A stretch of DNA of 64,000 nucleotides from Infirmifilum sp. (GTDB lineage: Archaea; Thermoproteota; Thermoprotei; Thermofilales; Thermofilaceae): assembly GCA_041287245.1 (NCBI GenBank), contig JBEULP010000003.1, positions 96,001 through 160,000 of the forward strand, in the 5' to 3' direction. A program made the translations under genes and the position numbers. The number at the start of each line of letters is the position of its first letter. The first letter of the stretch is position 1. The notes under the pieces are model-generated. The model did not search any database. It was not told the origin of the DNA and was given only the letters and a program-made list of their open reading frames with translations. Shown in pieces: positions 1-9,310 of this stretch.

Positions 1-649
1 CAAACGCGTGGGCGAACACGCGAACAAGAGCTTATTACCTATAAAGGACGAGCTCAAAGGTATAATCATCGGTGGGCCAGGGCTTTCAAAAAACGAGTTC
101 GCAGAAGGTGATTATCTACACTACGAGTTGAAGAAAAAAGTTATCGGCATATTTGACGTTGGATATGGCGGCGCTGCAGGGGTATATGAACTCCTTGAAA
201 GGGCGAAGGACTTAATAAAAGATGTCCAATTTATGCGGGAACGTGAAGCTGTAAACGAGTTTCTCTATAACCTAGCACGAGACACAGGCTTGATCACCTA
301 TGGAGAAGAGGAAGTCCGAGAGGCATTAAGAGCCAATGCAGTGGAAAAACTGTTAGTTTCAGAGGCGCTTAACAAGATTCGGGTTCACGCGGTATGCAAA
401 GTCTGTAAACACGAGTTTACTACCACTGTACACGGCGAGGAACAGTTACAACTCTTAAAATGTCCCAAGTGCGGGGGAGAAGTAGAGATTTTAGAGCAAA
501 AAGATATCGTGGAAGAACTTGCAGAGCTCGCAGAGCAGGGGGGAGCAGAGGTTATCTTAATTTCAGACCAGTCCAGCGAGGGGAAAGAGTTTCTACGAAC
601 ATTCGGCGGGATCGGTGCTATCCTGCGTTATAAATACAAGAAACAGTAG
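1..649 (+). CDS. prf1: peptide chain release factor aRF1, C-terminal part (5' end outside window)
   Basis: IIIGGPGLSKNEF, YGEEEV, CxxC/CPKCG zinc-ribbon insert and C-terminal FGGIGAILRY typical of eRF1/aRF1. Confidence 0.93.
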   Translation, partial: KRVGEHANKSLLPIKDELKGIIIGGPGLSKNEFAEGDYLHYELKKKVIGIFDVGYGGAAGVYELLERAKDLIKDVQFMREREAVNEFLYNLARDTGLITYGEEEVREALRANAVEKLLVSEALNKIRVHAVCKVCKHEFTTTVHGEEQLQLLKCPKCGGEVEILEQKDIVEELAELAEQGGAEVILISDQSSEGKEFLRTFGGIGAILRYKYKKQ

Positions 650-715
650 AGTGGTTTTGTAGGGGAAGCCGAGACGCATGGGCGAGGCATTCTAAAACGC
701 GAACTGGAAAAAACC

Positions 716-1321
716 TTGAACTCTATTCCTCCCCCTCCACACCCTCGTGTGGAGCTTGAGCAGTATGCTACCCCTTCAGCTCTAGCCTCAACTCTTCTCT
801 GGCTTGCCGAACACCACTACCAGGATATTTATTCTAAGCGCGTCGTTGATCTAGGCGCCGGAACGGGGCGTCTGGGAATCGGCGCTGCACTCCTCGGCGC
901 TTCTCAAATCATGCTTGTTGATGTCGACACCGACGCTCTCAGGGTAGCTTGGGACTCACTGAAGAGAATGAATCTGACAGAGCGTTTTGATCTGATCGCT
1001 GCTGATATTCAATTTATTCCAATAAGAGACGACTTTACGTTTGACACTGCAATCCAGAACCCTCCGTTTGGCGTCCACCGGAGAGGTTATGATTTCTTAT
1101 TCGTCGAGAAAGCTTTGAGCCTAGCCCGTGTCGTGTATTCCATTCACAAGGAACGGAGCTCCGACTATATTGTTAGACGGGTTGAAGAGTTGGGCTTTAA
1201 TGCAGGAATTATTTATCGCGAGAGAATATGCATCCCGCACATGTTCGAGTGGCACCGCAAGCCTAGACACTGCTTCACCGTCGCTGTAATAAGGATCATA
1301 TACAAACGCGAAAAAGTCTAA
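716..1321 (+). CDS. METTL5-family RNA N6-adenine methyltransferase (true start probably further upstream)
   Basis: ELEQYATP, SAM motif DLGAGTG, NPPFG, C-terminal FEWHRK. Confidence 0.88.
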   Translation: MNSIPPPPHPRVELEQYATPSALASTLLWLAEHHYQDIYSKRVVDLGAGTGRLGIGAALLGASQIMLVDVDTDALRVAWDSLKRMNLTERFDLIAADIQFIPIRDDFTFDTAIQNPPFGVHRRGYDFLFVEKALSLARVVYSIHKERSSDYIVRRVEELGFNAGIIYRERICIPHMFEWHRKPRHCFTVAVIRIIYKREKV

Positions 1322-1346
1322 TATTTCGTAGGGGGCTTGCTAGAGT

Positions 1347-1925
1347 ATGAGCAATATTGAGGTTAAAGATTCGGATGTTAAAGTCCCGGGGGATGTTCTC
1401 GGCGTTGAAGAAGAGTATCTTCCTGGGGGCGGAGTCTTCGTGGAGCAGGGTTATCTTAAGGCTAAGGTTTTAGGCAGGCCCTATGTTGATCCTATTCATC
1501 ATATCCTAGAAGTTAAGGCGGTTAAGGCTACTGTCTTGCCGCTGTCACCTCGGGATGTCGTATATGCCAGTGTCGAGTTTATACGCGATCCCGTTGTCCA
1601 TGTTAAGATTTTCTATGTTGAAAACAAAAACGTTGTTTTGGGACAGCCGGTATCTGGAGTGTTGACTTCATCAAACATTTCCACCTCACGTGTAAAAAAT
1701 CTTTATGAGGTCGTAGGATACGGCGATGTTCTTCGAGCATACGTCGCTGAGCCAGGAGGCCCGCCATACCTGTTAGCAATTAAGGGCAGGGATTTTGGGG
1801 TTATACTGGCACGGTGCCCCAAGTGTCTTAGCCCTATGCGGCTGCGTGGTTTAAGGCTTGTCTGCCCGGCGTGTGGCAGTAAAAGCAAGAGGAAGATCAG
1901 CAGCAGATATCTTTTAAGGCGGTAG
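1347..1925 (+). CDS. csl4: exosome RNA-binding subunit Csl4
   Basis: VPGDVLGVEEEY N-domain, S1 domain GDVLRAYV, C-terminal CPKC/CPAC zinc ribbon, RKISSRY. Confidence 0.9.
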   Translation: MSNIEVKDSDVKVPGDVLGVEEEYLPGGGVFVEQGYLKAKVLGRPYVDPIHHILEVKAVKATVLPLSPRDVVYASVEFIRDPVVHVKIFYVENKNVVLGQPVSGVLTSSNISTSRVKNLYEVVGYGDVLRAYVAEPGGPPYLLAIKGRDFGVILARCPKCLSPMRLRGLRLVCPACGSKSKRKISSRYLLRR

Positions 1926-1928
1926 CAC

Positions 1929-2522
1929 GTGCGTGGGAGAACCCTAACTTTGGTTTTTTCTTCGGCTGAGGAGGCGTTGAACTTTCTTAAAAAACTTGAA
2001 CGATTTCTCCCAGGTAAGAGCTTTCTAGGCGAGTTAAAGGTTAACAAGGTAAAGATTTTTATTCCTGAATCGGACAACGCTGAGCAAGTACTCGGTAAGA
2101 TTAGAGAGCTGTATAATCAACAGAAACAGCTTCACACCTACAACGCTCCCCGAGACTACGACATCCCTACACTCTTCTCGCTTTCAAAGCTCGAGGTACC
2201 AATCCCTCTTGCCGTCGTTGTGGATTCTCTAAGGGTACAGGGCTTCAAAGCCGAAGTTTTTGGTGAAAAACTCCGTACTAATGCTCCTCTAAACGTGATC
2301 ACAAAGAACATCGAGTCAATATCTATTATTTACCGTGAGCTACTGGAGTTTAAGATGACCGCCCAGGCCCGTCGCCTCATAGCCTTGTTTTCCCATGTTA
2401 ACAACATCCCCTCTGAAGACGCCATAAAACAGCTTTCGACTTTAGGTCTTATAGTCGATAGGGGTGGAGTCATATCCTTAAAGGTCAATTACGAGGTGGC
2501 CGTCAAGACACTTTTCTCTTAA
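1929..2522 (+). CDS. DUF2067-like conserved crenarchaeal protein
   Basis: 197-aa ORF 3 nt after csl4; resembles the DUF2067 gene often found near csl4. Confidence 0.55.
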   Translation: MRGRTLTLVFSSAEEALNFLKKLERFLPGKSFLGELKVNKVKIFIPESDNAEQVLGKIRELYNQQKQLHTYNAPRDYDIPTLFSLSKLEVPIPLAVVVDSLRVQGFKAEVFGEKLRTNAPLNVITKNIESISIIYRELLEFKMTAQARRLIALFSHVNNIPSEDAIKQLSTLGLIVDRGGVISLKVNYEVAVKTLFS

Positions 2523-2609
2523 ACCAAGTAGAGTTCCCTGACTTCCAAGAACGCGGGTTATAGGAATTTTTTCACGATAATTATTTCCGCCCCTGAAGCT
2601 GGTGCGCCC

Positions 2610-3449
2610 CTATACTATTTGGGAGAGCCCGCGATCTAGTAGCCTCTGCCTAAGACGATCATTAAGTCTTCGCATGTATTCCTGAACAGCAACTAGTTTT
2701 AAAATCTGCTCCGAGGGGGTTAGCCTGACACTACTTGAATACTCTAGGCTGAAGGCGCTCTGTCCATCAACCACCATCATCGCTGGCCACGTCATTACCT
2801 GCAACTCTATTTTACGCGAATAGACAATTATCGGTTTTATAAGAGGGGAAAGGGCTCCTGCAAAGACAACTTCCAAAAGGGGAATATCCTGCGATAGAAT
2901 TATTGGCGAGCCATAGGAAAGGGCATGTGCAGTACTACCTGCTGGGGTTGCGACGATCACGCCATCTGCTCTTGCATGATACAGCTTTTCCCCGTCTACC
3001 GTAACCTCGAATTCGATGAGTCTACCCGTGTGTGCCCAGATTGAGACTTCGTTGAGAAAAACTCCATGTTGGTTTCCAATGGCGTACTCTCCAAGCCTCA
3101 ACTCGTTGAGCATGTATCTTCCAACTAAAACGTTTTCTAGGACATTCCGGTAGTCGGCTACCTGGTGAAGTAGAAAGTATCCGACACTATTAGAGGTAAA
3201 TCCCACGATAGGGGGTAGTCTTCCGTTGCTCTTCTGAACTGACCTTAGAAGAGTCCCATCTCCTCCGACCACGACAGCTAGATCCGCGTTATACGCCTCT
3301 GACTCCGATAAAACATCTCTCTTTAAGACATGCCCTAAAACAGGATCGACCAAAACCTCAACGTTATTATTAACCAGAAACTCGTCGATCCTTTTAATCC
3401 ACTGTAGCATTCCAGAGTCAGTGCTACGTGACTTAAGCCAAACCTTCAT
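2610..3449 (-). CDS. nadK: NAD(+) kinase
   Basis: GGDGT, NE, DGVIVATPAGSTAHALSYG motifs. Confidence 0.93.
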   Translation of the reverse strand: MKVWLKSRSTDSGMLQWIKRIDEFLVNNNVEVLVDPVLGHVLKRDVLSESEAYNADLAVVVGGDGTLLRSVQKSNGRLPPIVGFTSNSVGYFLLHQVADYRNVLENVLVGRYMLNELRLGEYAIGNQHGVFLNEVSIWAHTGRLIEFEVTVDGEKLYHARADGVIVATPAGSTAHALSYGSPIILSQDIPLLEVVFAGALSPLIKPIIVYSRKIELQVMTWPAMMVVDGQSAFSLEYSSSVRLTPSEQILKLVAVQEYMRRLNDRLRQRLLDRGLSQIV

Positions 3450-3503
3450 ATGCCCTTTGAATAAGTTATCTTATCAAGTTTAAAAGTCTTGATAAGTCTC
3501 TCG

Positions 3504-4598
3504 CTAGGCGCGTGTGCGTAGACGTTTAAGGTAGTCGCTGAGTGGTTCTCGTATTACTATTCCCTTCCCACTTACAATATCAAAGATGTACTTGCTGGGT
3601 TTAACGGGGGCCCACCTAGCTTTCCTGATGTACATTATTCGCTCTACATTTCCATAGATTTCCTCGATTCCCAGGACAATTATTCCTGAGGCGAGAAACT
3701 CCTCCACACCAAACCTGCTCAGCTTTGTACTCCCTGTAGGTATTTCACTAGTCATGATTGTTGTAAGCTCGCCTGTTTTCTCAATTGCAAATACCATTTC
3801 TCTGAGAAACTCACGCGCGTAGAGTACATCTTCCTCCTTTCCTCCATATACCAGTGGAGCTATAGGATCTATAACAAGCCTTTTCGCCCCCTGCTTCTTA
3901 GCCGCGTTTAAGATCTGCTCTATTATATAGCGAGGCTCTATGTGTTTTCTCTCGTCGCGAAGATAAATCTTGCTGAAATGAGTCCTCATGTCGAGAAACA
4001 TTAGCCTTCGGGAAGCTATGAGGTCGCCAAGATCCCACCCGAAAAGCCTAAGCCCTCTCAAAAGCTGGTTTGTAGGCTCATCAATAGCGATATATAAGCC
4101 TGGTTCGCCGTGTAGTGCGCCGTGTATTAGAAACTGGATCGAGAATATGGTTTTTCCACAGCCAGCCTCACCCGCAACGAGATACGTTTTTCCCCTCAGA
4201 AATCCTCCAGCGAGAATATCATCTAAACCAGGGACACCCGTAGGTGCAAGAAGATCAAGCCGACGCATCGACAACCCTGTATTATATGAGTCTTCCTCGG
4301 TAGCATAAGCTGCATAGCTTGCGGGGTCAGCATAGCTTTCCTCTGGCTGCTCAACCGGGGGAGAATAAACCTCTTGGTTGACAGGAGATTCTACAGCGGG
4401 GGCAACAGCTTGGGCCGAGACGCTTCCTGCCACTGCTGGGCGAGCAACGGGAACCTGCACGGCCTGTGGCTCTCCAAACCTACAGGGTGGGTTAAGAGGA
4501 TCTTGAACAGATGTTTTAAGCTTTAGACAGTAGGATCTTGAAGCGATATACAGGGGACAGTTTAAACATGAATTAGGCTTGCGCAGACCGTTCGCCAC
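3504..4598 (-). CDS. KaiC/RAD55-family single-domain ATPase with N-terminal 4-Cys domain and Pro/Ala-rich linker
   Basis: TGVPGLDDILAGG, Walker A GEAGCGKT, RLVIDP, SRFGVEEFLASGII. Confidence 0.88.
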   Translation of the reverse strand: MANGLRKPNSCLNCPLYIASRSYCLKLKTSVQDPLNPPCRFGEPQAVQVPVARPAVAGSVSAQAVAPAVESPVNQEVYSPPVEQPEESYADPASYAAYATEEDSYNTGLSMRRLDLLAPTGVPGLDDILAGGFLRGKTYLVAGEAGCGKTIFSIQFLIHGALHGEPGLYIAIDEPTNQLLRGLRLFGWDLGDLIASRRLMFLDMRTHFSKIYLRDERKHIEPRYIIEQILNAAKKQGAKRLVIDPIAPLVYGGKEEDVLYAREFLREMVFAIEKTGELTTIMTSEIPTGSTKLSRFGVEEFLASGIIVLGIEEIYGNVERIMYIRKARWAPVKPSKYIFDIVSGKGIVIREPLSDYLKRLRTRA

Positions 4599-4650
4599 AT
4601 CACATCACTATTCTGAATTTTAGAAAAACTAGAATATATATCTGTGTTTT

Positions 4651-4902
4651 TTAATTTATTATCGCGACTTCGACAATCATCGATAGTAGTCGCAAAACAG
4701 TGTTAAAAGCCGCTCTAAATGAAGCGAGATCCCCACTATCAATGCATATTCGAAGGGCCCCCTCTCTTCTCTCGATAGAAACCTTGGACCTATAACTTTT
4801 TCCTCCCCCGCTCTCGGGGTATAGAGCCTTAAACAACACTTCACACTCATTACCACAATTCACCTCTACACAACCCTTATATCGAGGATGCAGATCCTTC
4901 AA
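4651..4902 (-). CDS. pcc1: KEOPS complex Pcc1-family subunit
   Basis: RSKVSI...DLASFRAAFNTVLRLL; lies downstream of the Brix gene. Confidence 0.8.
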   Translation of the reverse strand: MKDLHPRYKGCVEVNCGNECEVLFKALYPESGGGKSYRSKVSIERREGALRICIDSGDLASFRAAFNTVLRLLSMIVEVAIIN

Positions 4903-4940
4903 GCCACACCACCCATGCGATATCCCCCGGGCGCGGGAAA

Positions 4941-5486
4941 CTATACATAGCCTTGTAGAGTTTTAACTAGTAGTCTAGGCCCTAGGGGCTCTCCCCTCTC
5001 TAGAAACTTTAGTACCAACCCTTTTCTATTTATCGGCTCGATGGCTATAACACGTGAATAGGATTTAAAGTTTCTTAGCTCTTCCAGGGAATATCTACCA
5101 AGATACAAAGCGTCAAATCCTAGTGCAATCCTCTCAGCAACGTCGTCCGTTACGCCAAGCGAAACAATCGGCAAGCGGTACGCTGGCAAGGGGGGCTTAT
5201 TCCTCATCCCTGAAAAGACAACGCCCCTAAGATGCAAGAACAATATCTTCTTCATTTCAACCTCTCCTGACACACCCAGGAATAATAGTCTACCAGGGTT
5301 CCCGTACAACCCCCGTCCAATAATAATAATCCTTGAGGCGTTAACCCTCCTTGCAAGCAAAAGTAATTCATCTAGGCTCATTCTCCCTCTATTCACCTTC
5401 CTAGCAAACCCCAAACTCCAGGCGATCTCTCTTGCGAGGCGCCGCACGGGCGGTGTAGCATGCCTCGTAGTTGTAACGAGGATCAC
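4941..5486 (-). CDS. Brix/Imp4-domain ribosome biogenesis protein
   Basis: MILVTTTR...NRGRMSLDEL...GNPG, C-terminal GPRL. Confidence 0.85.
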   Translation of the reverse strand: MILVTTTRHATPPVRRLAREIAWSLGFARKVNRGRMSLDELLLLARRVNASRIIIIGRGLYGNPGRLLFLGVSGEVEMKKILFLHLRGVVFSGMRNKPPLPAYRLPIVSLGVTDDVAERIALGFDALYLGRYSLEELRNFKSYSRVIAIEPINRKGLVLKFLERGEPLGPRLLVKTLQGYV

Positions 5487-5554
5487 ATCTTATCCCTATA
5501 GACAGCACCTATACTCAGAAAAATTTATCAGTCTCTACTCCTAGGCTTCACAAG

Positions 5555-5665
5555 GGGCCCGTAGCGCAGGCAGGAAGCGCGGCGGCCACGCATCGTTTGC
5601 GCCGCAGTTCTAGGACCAGGCTCGAGGAGAGCCGCAGGTCCCGGGTTCAAATCCCGGCGGGCCCG
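5555..5665 (+). tRNA. tRNA-Arg(UCU) with two introns (32/33 at 5588-5607; 37/38 at 5613-5629)
   Basis: GGGCCCG/CGGGCCC acceptor stem, G73, GCGGC/GCCGC anticodon stem, GTTCAAATC T-loop; removing both BHB-flanked introns gives loop CT-TCT-AA. Confidence 0.92.
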
Positions 5666-5689
5666 CTTATCTTAACCCTGTTTGTTATG

Positions 5690-5705
5690 CCCTGACTTCC
5701 TCCCC
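5690..5705 (+). mobile_element. IS200/IS605-like end remnant (CCCTGACTTCCTCCCC)
   Basis: 14-nt CTGACTTCCTCCCC identical at 22148-22161; partial copy at 2536-2546; resembles crenarchaeal IS200/IS605 subterminal sequence as recalled. Confidence 0.4.
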
Positions 5706-5714
5706 TGCGCGCGT

Positions 5715-5861
5715 TTAGTCGTGGCTTATAATACTGTGAAAAGTGTTTGTTTTGCAAGCCGTGCAATAAATGTATATTTTTTTAAACTCGTATAGGTTAA
5801 AGCCCACGTCTAGGATTTTCTCATTACCACAGGTATCACACTTTAACACCCAACGTGTCAT
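5715..5861 (-). CDS. small zinc-ribbon protein, 48 aa (below ORF-track cutoff)
   Basis: Manual translation MTRWVLKCDTCGNEKILDVGFNLYEFKKIYIYCTACKTNTFHSIISHD; two CxxC; GAGGGAGG Shine-Dalgarno upstream. Confidence 0.8.
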   Translation of the reverse strand: MTRWVLKCDTCGNEKILDVGFNLYEFKKIYIYCTACKTNTFHSIISHD

Positions 5862-5889
5862 AGCCCTCCCTCACGCATGTATGTTGACG

Positions 5890-5944
5890 TGTCAGTGGCT
5901 GCTCGCTTGCTCATGATTCGCATGTTAACAGTCGTCATCATCCT
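5890..5944 (-). ncRNA. box C/D methylation guide sRNA
   Basis: Minus strand ATGATGA (C)-CGACTGTTAACAT-GCGA (D')-ATCATGA (C')-GCAAGCGAGCAGCCA-CTGA (D); TATA-like TTTATATTTTTAAA upstream. Confidence 0.8.
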
Positions 5945-5984
5945 GTTTTATCCTCCTGGTTTAAAAATATAAATCTAGCTACCT

Positions 5985-8393
5985 TCAGTCGAGCTTGATA
6001 ATATTTATCTGTCCTATTTTTCCTGGGAGATCCTCTGCCTGGGTTGTTAACACTACCTGTGCGATATCCCTGTTCTTCGCCAGCGTTTCGAGAAACGCCA
6101 GCTTAATCCTATTATCAACGTTAGGGAGAGGTTCGTCGAGTATTATAAAGTCAGCCTTATGCCGCAACTGGGAGTACATGGCAAGTAAAAGTGCAAGCAG
6201 TACTATTGTCTTTTGCCCGTCGCTTAGCAACTCATTGAACCTATATTTTCCAGCTTTAGTCGCGACGTAGATGTCGTAATAGCTAACCGGGGGGATCCCG
6301 CCACTTTTAGGCTTCTCAGTTATTACAAGTTCCACGGCTTCAACAGCCTCAGATTGATAAATACTTCTCAGTATCTCGTTTGCCTGTTTGTTCAGAGCCT
6401 GGATCTTCTCACGGCGCTGTCTCGTCAAAATCGTCCTAGTGGCATATTTAATCTTTCTAAGCTGTTCTGAGAGTTTTTCCAGTTTCGAAACCCTACTTTC
6501 TAACTCCTCTATTTCTCTCTGTATCGACTCTATGTAATTCTTAAGGTAGGTCTGTTCGTGAGCCTTCAGCTCAGTTTCAAGCTGTGACAGCTGTAACTTT
6601 AATTTGGTCTCTTCTTCCTTCAATCGCTGATACTCGGCATATAGAGGCGCGACCTTTTTTCTAGCTTCTTCAAGCTCTTTAATTTTAGCCTGAATAGCAA
6701 TAGTCTCGAGGCTTAAAGTGTACTCACCTAACTTCCTTTTTAATTCGCCCAGTTTATCGTCTAATCGAATTAGGCGGCTTTCTATCTCTTTATACTCACG
6801 CTGTTTCTCCTGGACTAGAAGATCATCCTCCCTAATTTCCTCGTTAAGACTCTCCTTTCTTTCCAGGTACTCCTTATATTTCTCATAGTTTAATTCATGG
6901 TTTACCAGTATAACCTTTAAATTACGAAGATCCTCGATCACATCACGCAAACCTCTAAGCTTTTTATCAAGTTCCTGTAGTTTCCTCTCGTGCTCAATTA
7001 TATTTTTAGTAATCTGGCTTAATTCACCCCGCATGTCTAGAGCGGCCGAGGCTTCCAACTGAGAGCCGCAAACAGGACATTCAACTTTCTCCACACGTGC
7101 AGCCTGCTCCAACAAACTCTGCCTTAACTGTTGAATACACCTGTACTGTTGAAGTCTCCTGGTTATTTCATGTATTTCCTGCTCAAGTGTTTTCACTTCC
7201 TTTTCAAGCTGCTCCTGCGTCCCATACTTGCTCTGAATCTCCAGGATTTTCTCCTCAGCCTCCTCGTATTCCGTAACACTCGGCTCTAGCTCGACAAGGA
7301 TTTTTTCAAGCGCACGGAGATCAGCCTTTTTTTGCTCAAGCTCAGTAATAGATTCTTGGACATTTTCCCATTCCCTGTCATATCTACTCCAGACATCATT
7401 CAATATTTTCTCAAGTTTTGAAAGAGATTCTTCCAGATTCTCGGGGGAGATATTTATTGCCTCCAGCCTCGCTACAAGATCCTGTGGCACGACAAGCCTT
7501 TCTAGAACACTCCTCAGCTCCTGTTTTAACTCTACCATTTCCTCATTCAGAGCATATATGTCAAGCTCAGAGGCGGGATGCTTGATCTTTTCTTTTATTC
7601 TAGCCAGGTAGTTCTTCTCATTTTCAATTTTACTAGATATGTTCTCATAATTCTCTCGCGCTTCTTCAAGATCCTTCATCCTGGAGGATAGTTCTTCGAG
7701 CCTACCACGTATTCTGGCTATTTCACTCTCAAGGGACCTCCTCTTCTCCTCTAGTTGTTTAAGAGATTCGACGGCTGCATTATATTCCCCCTTCAGCCTC
7801 TCCAGCTGGCCATTCAATTCAGCAAGTCTGCCTTCAACTCGCTTTATAGCCAGGGCGTCATGAAAAGCCCTTATAGAGTTGATCCCCAGTAGAATATCCA
7901 TAGCCTTGCTCCGAGCAACCCTGCTCCCATATGCAAGCATATATAATAGAATATAACTAAGCGAGACTGACCGTATAAACTCCTGGAAGTCAAGCCCCAG
8001 CAGTTCTTCGATCATCCCTTCAACCTTTAAAGGATCATTAAACACGTCACCGTGAGGCGTGCGCAGCGCTACGCTTTCACGAATCCTCCCCTCTCTTTTC
8101 TCAAGGCTCCTCTCAATGCTATAAACCCCCTCCTCTGGGACTTCAAACGTAAGGATTACCGTCGCCTTATCACAGCCGACGTTGATAAGATTCTCGCGTG
8201 GGTAAAATTTCATCGACACATTAAAATCTAAACCGTAAAGAGCAAACTGAATAGCAGAGAGAATACTTGACTTTCCAGAGCCCACAGGACCGATGATCAC
8301 GGTGAGCCCATCCGGGAACTCAAAAACTCTGTGATCCCGTAGCCCTCGATAACACTCTACTTCAAGCCTCCGCAGCCTCGCCTTCAACATCAC
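5985..8393 (-). CDS. SMC/Rad50-like ATPase, arcadin-4 (Arcade operon)
   Basis: Walker A GPVGSGKS, long coiled coil, central CPVC zinc hook, LSDGQ signature, ILDEP Walker B; last gene of the crenactin operon. Confidence 0.85.
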   Translation of the reverse strand: MMLKARLRRLEVECYRGLRDHRVFEFPDGLTVIIGPVGSGKSSILSAIQFALYGLDFNVSMKFYPRENLINVGCDKATVILTFEVPEEGVYSIERSLEKREGRIRESVALRTPHGDVFNDPLKVEGMIEELLGLDFQEFIRSVSLSYILLYMLAYGSRVARSKAMDILLGINSIRAFHDALAIKRVEGRLAELNGQLERLKGEYNAAVESLKQLEEKRRSLESEIARIRGRLEELSSRMKDLEEARENYENISSKIENEKNYLARIKEKIKHPASELDIYALNEEMVELKQELRSVLERLVVPQDLVARLEAINISPENLEESLSKLEKILNDVWSRYDREWENVQESITELEQKKADLRALEKILVELEPSVTEYEEAEEKILEIQSKYGTQEQLEKEVKTLEQEIHEITRRLQQYRCIQQLRQSLLEQAARVEKVECPVCGSQLEASAALDMRGELSQITKNIIEHERKLQELDKKLRGLRDVIEDLRNLKVILVNHELNYEKYKEYLERKESLNEEIREDDLLVQEKQREYKEIESRLIRLDDKLGELKRKLGEYTLSLETIAIQAKIKELEEARKKVAPLYAEYQRLKEEETKLKLQLSQLETELKAHEQTYLKNYIESIQREIEELESRVSKLEKLSEQLRKIKYATRTILTRQRREKIQALNKQANEILRSIYQSEAVEAVELVITEKPKSGGIPPVSYYDIYVATKAGKYRFNELLSDGQKTIVLLALLLAMYSQLRHKADFIILDEPLPNVDNRIKLAFLETLAKNRDIAQVVLTTQAEDLPGKIGQINIIKLD

Positions 8394-8580
8394 CCGCCTC
8401 TACAAGCATGTTTAGAAATTTTCTAACACCCTTTGGTCCCTTATGCACAAACTCGTCAAGAAGCCGGAGACTCAAAGCTAGAGCCTCAGGATCCTCACTT
8501 AATGCCTCCCGCAGCTCTTCACGCAACGCCTCCTCCACCCCCCTTCCTATATACCTGGTAGACACCGCCCTACCCACCAC
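8362..8580 (-). CDS. small helical protein, arcadin-3 candidate
   Basis: 72 aa, overlaps both neighbours, position between arcadin-2 and the SMC-like gene. Confidence 0.65.
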   Translation of the reverse strand: MVGRAVSTRYIGRGVEEALREELREALSEDPEALALSLRLLDEFVHKGPKGVRKFLNMLVEAGDVEGEAAEA

Positions 8581-9199
8581 CCTTCCTTCTCCTACCTAAA
8601 ACATTGAGCCAGGGATTACCCTTTATAAAGTCTGGAACGTCGCCTTCTGCGATGCCCTCCTCAGCCTCCACAACCCTCCCACCCGGCTCTTCATCTCGAC
8701 TCTCCACAGTTTCAGAGGCTCCGTATACAACGATAGGCGTAGGAGGCTGGAGCCTCTGTGCCGCCTCCATTGGACGGTTAGGCTGGGGCGCCGTGAGAAC
8801 ACGCTTCCCCGGAGGAATCACCTCCACTATTTCACCTCCACTAGATATTTCAAGAAGCCCTACCTGCTTCTCCAAGAGAATCTCCCTGGTTCGTTTTGAA
8901 ACATATATAAGTTTTTTAGAGGGAACGGCTATATAGACATAATCTGCATTAACGGCTTCGCACTCATGCGCCTCGTGCGTAATTTCCGTGTTTACATCTC
9001 TAATTGGAACTCTCGACCCTATAAGTTTCACGACAAGGTGTGATCCACCAGCGTCGACGGCAAGTATTTCGGTCGACGTTCCATGGGACACCACGGACTC
9101 CACACGCCCCTTCCTGGAATTTGTTATAAACTTTTTAACATAATCAATATACATGTAATCCTCGCGGGTAACCCTTGAAGCACTAAACTCGCTCGCCAT
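8570..9199 (-). CDS. arcadin-2 (crenactin-binding protein)
   Basis: Directly downstream of crenactin; disordered linker then C-terminal amphipathic helix FIKGNPWLNVLGRRR; likely start ATG 9199 (MASEF). Confidence 0.72.
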   Translation of the reverse strand: MASEFSASRVTREDYMYIDYVKKFITNSRKGRVESVVSHGTSTEILAVDAGGSHLVVKLIGSRVPIRDVNTEITHEAHECEAVNADYVYIAVPSKKLIYVSKRTREILLEKQVGLLEISSGGEIVEVIPPGKRVLTAPQPNRPMEAAQRLQPPTPIVVYGASETVESRDEEPGGRVVEAEEGIAEGDVPDFIKGNPWLNVLGRRRKGGG

Positions 9200-9310
9200 A
9201 ACCACTACAAGATGAAGGATAAGAAACCACCTAAAAGGGTTTCGGACATACCCGGAGGCGACGCTGATAACCTTATAGACAACCGTCAAAAACCGTGCCG
9301 GTAGGCATAT

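Noticed and set aside
5985..8393. Canonical Rad50
   Set aside because: No mre11/nurA/herA neighbours; LSDGQ signature and operon position fit arcadin-4
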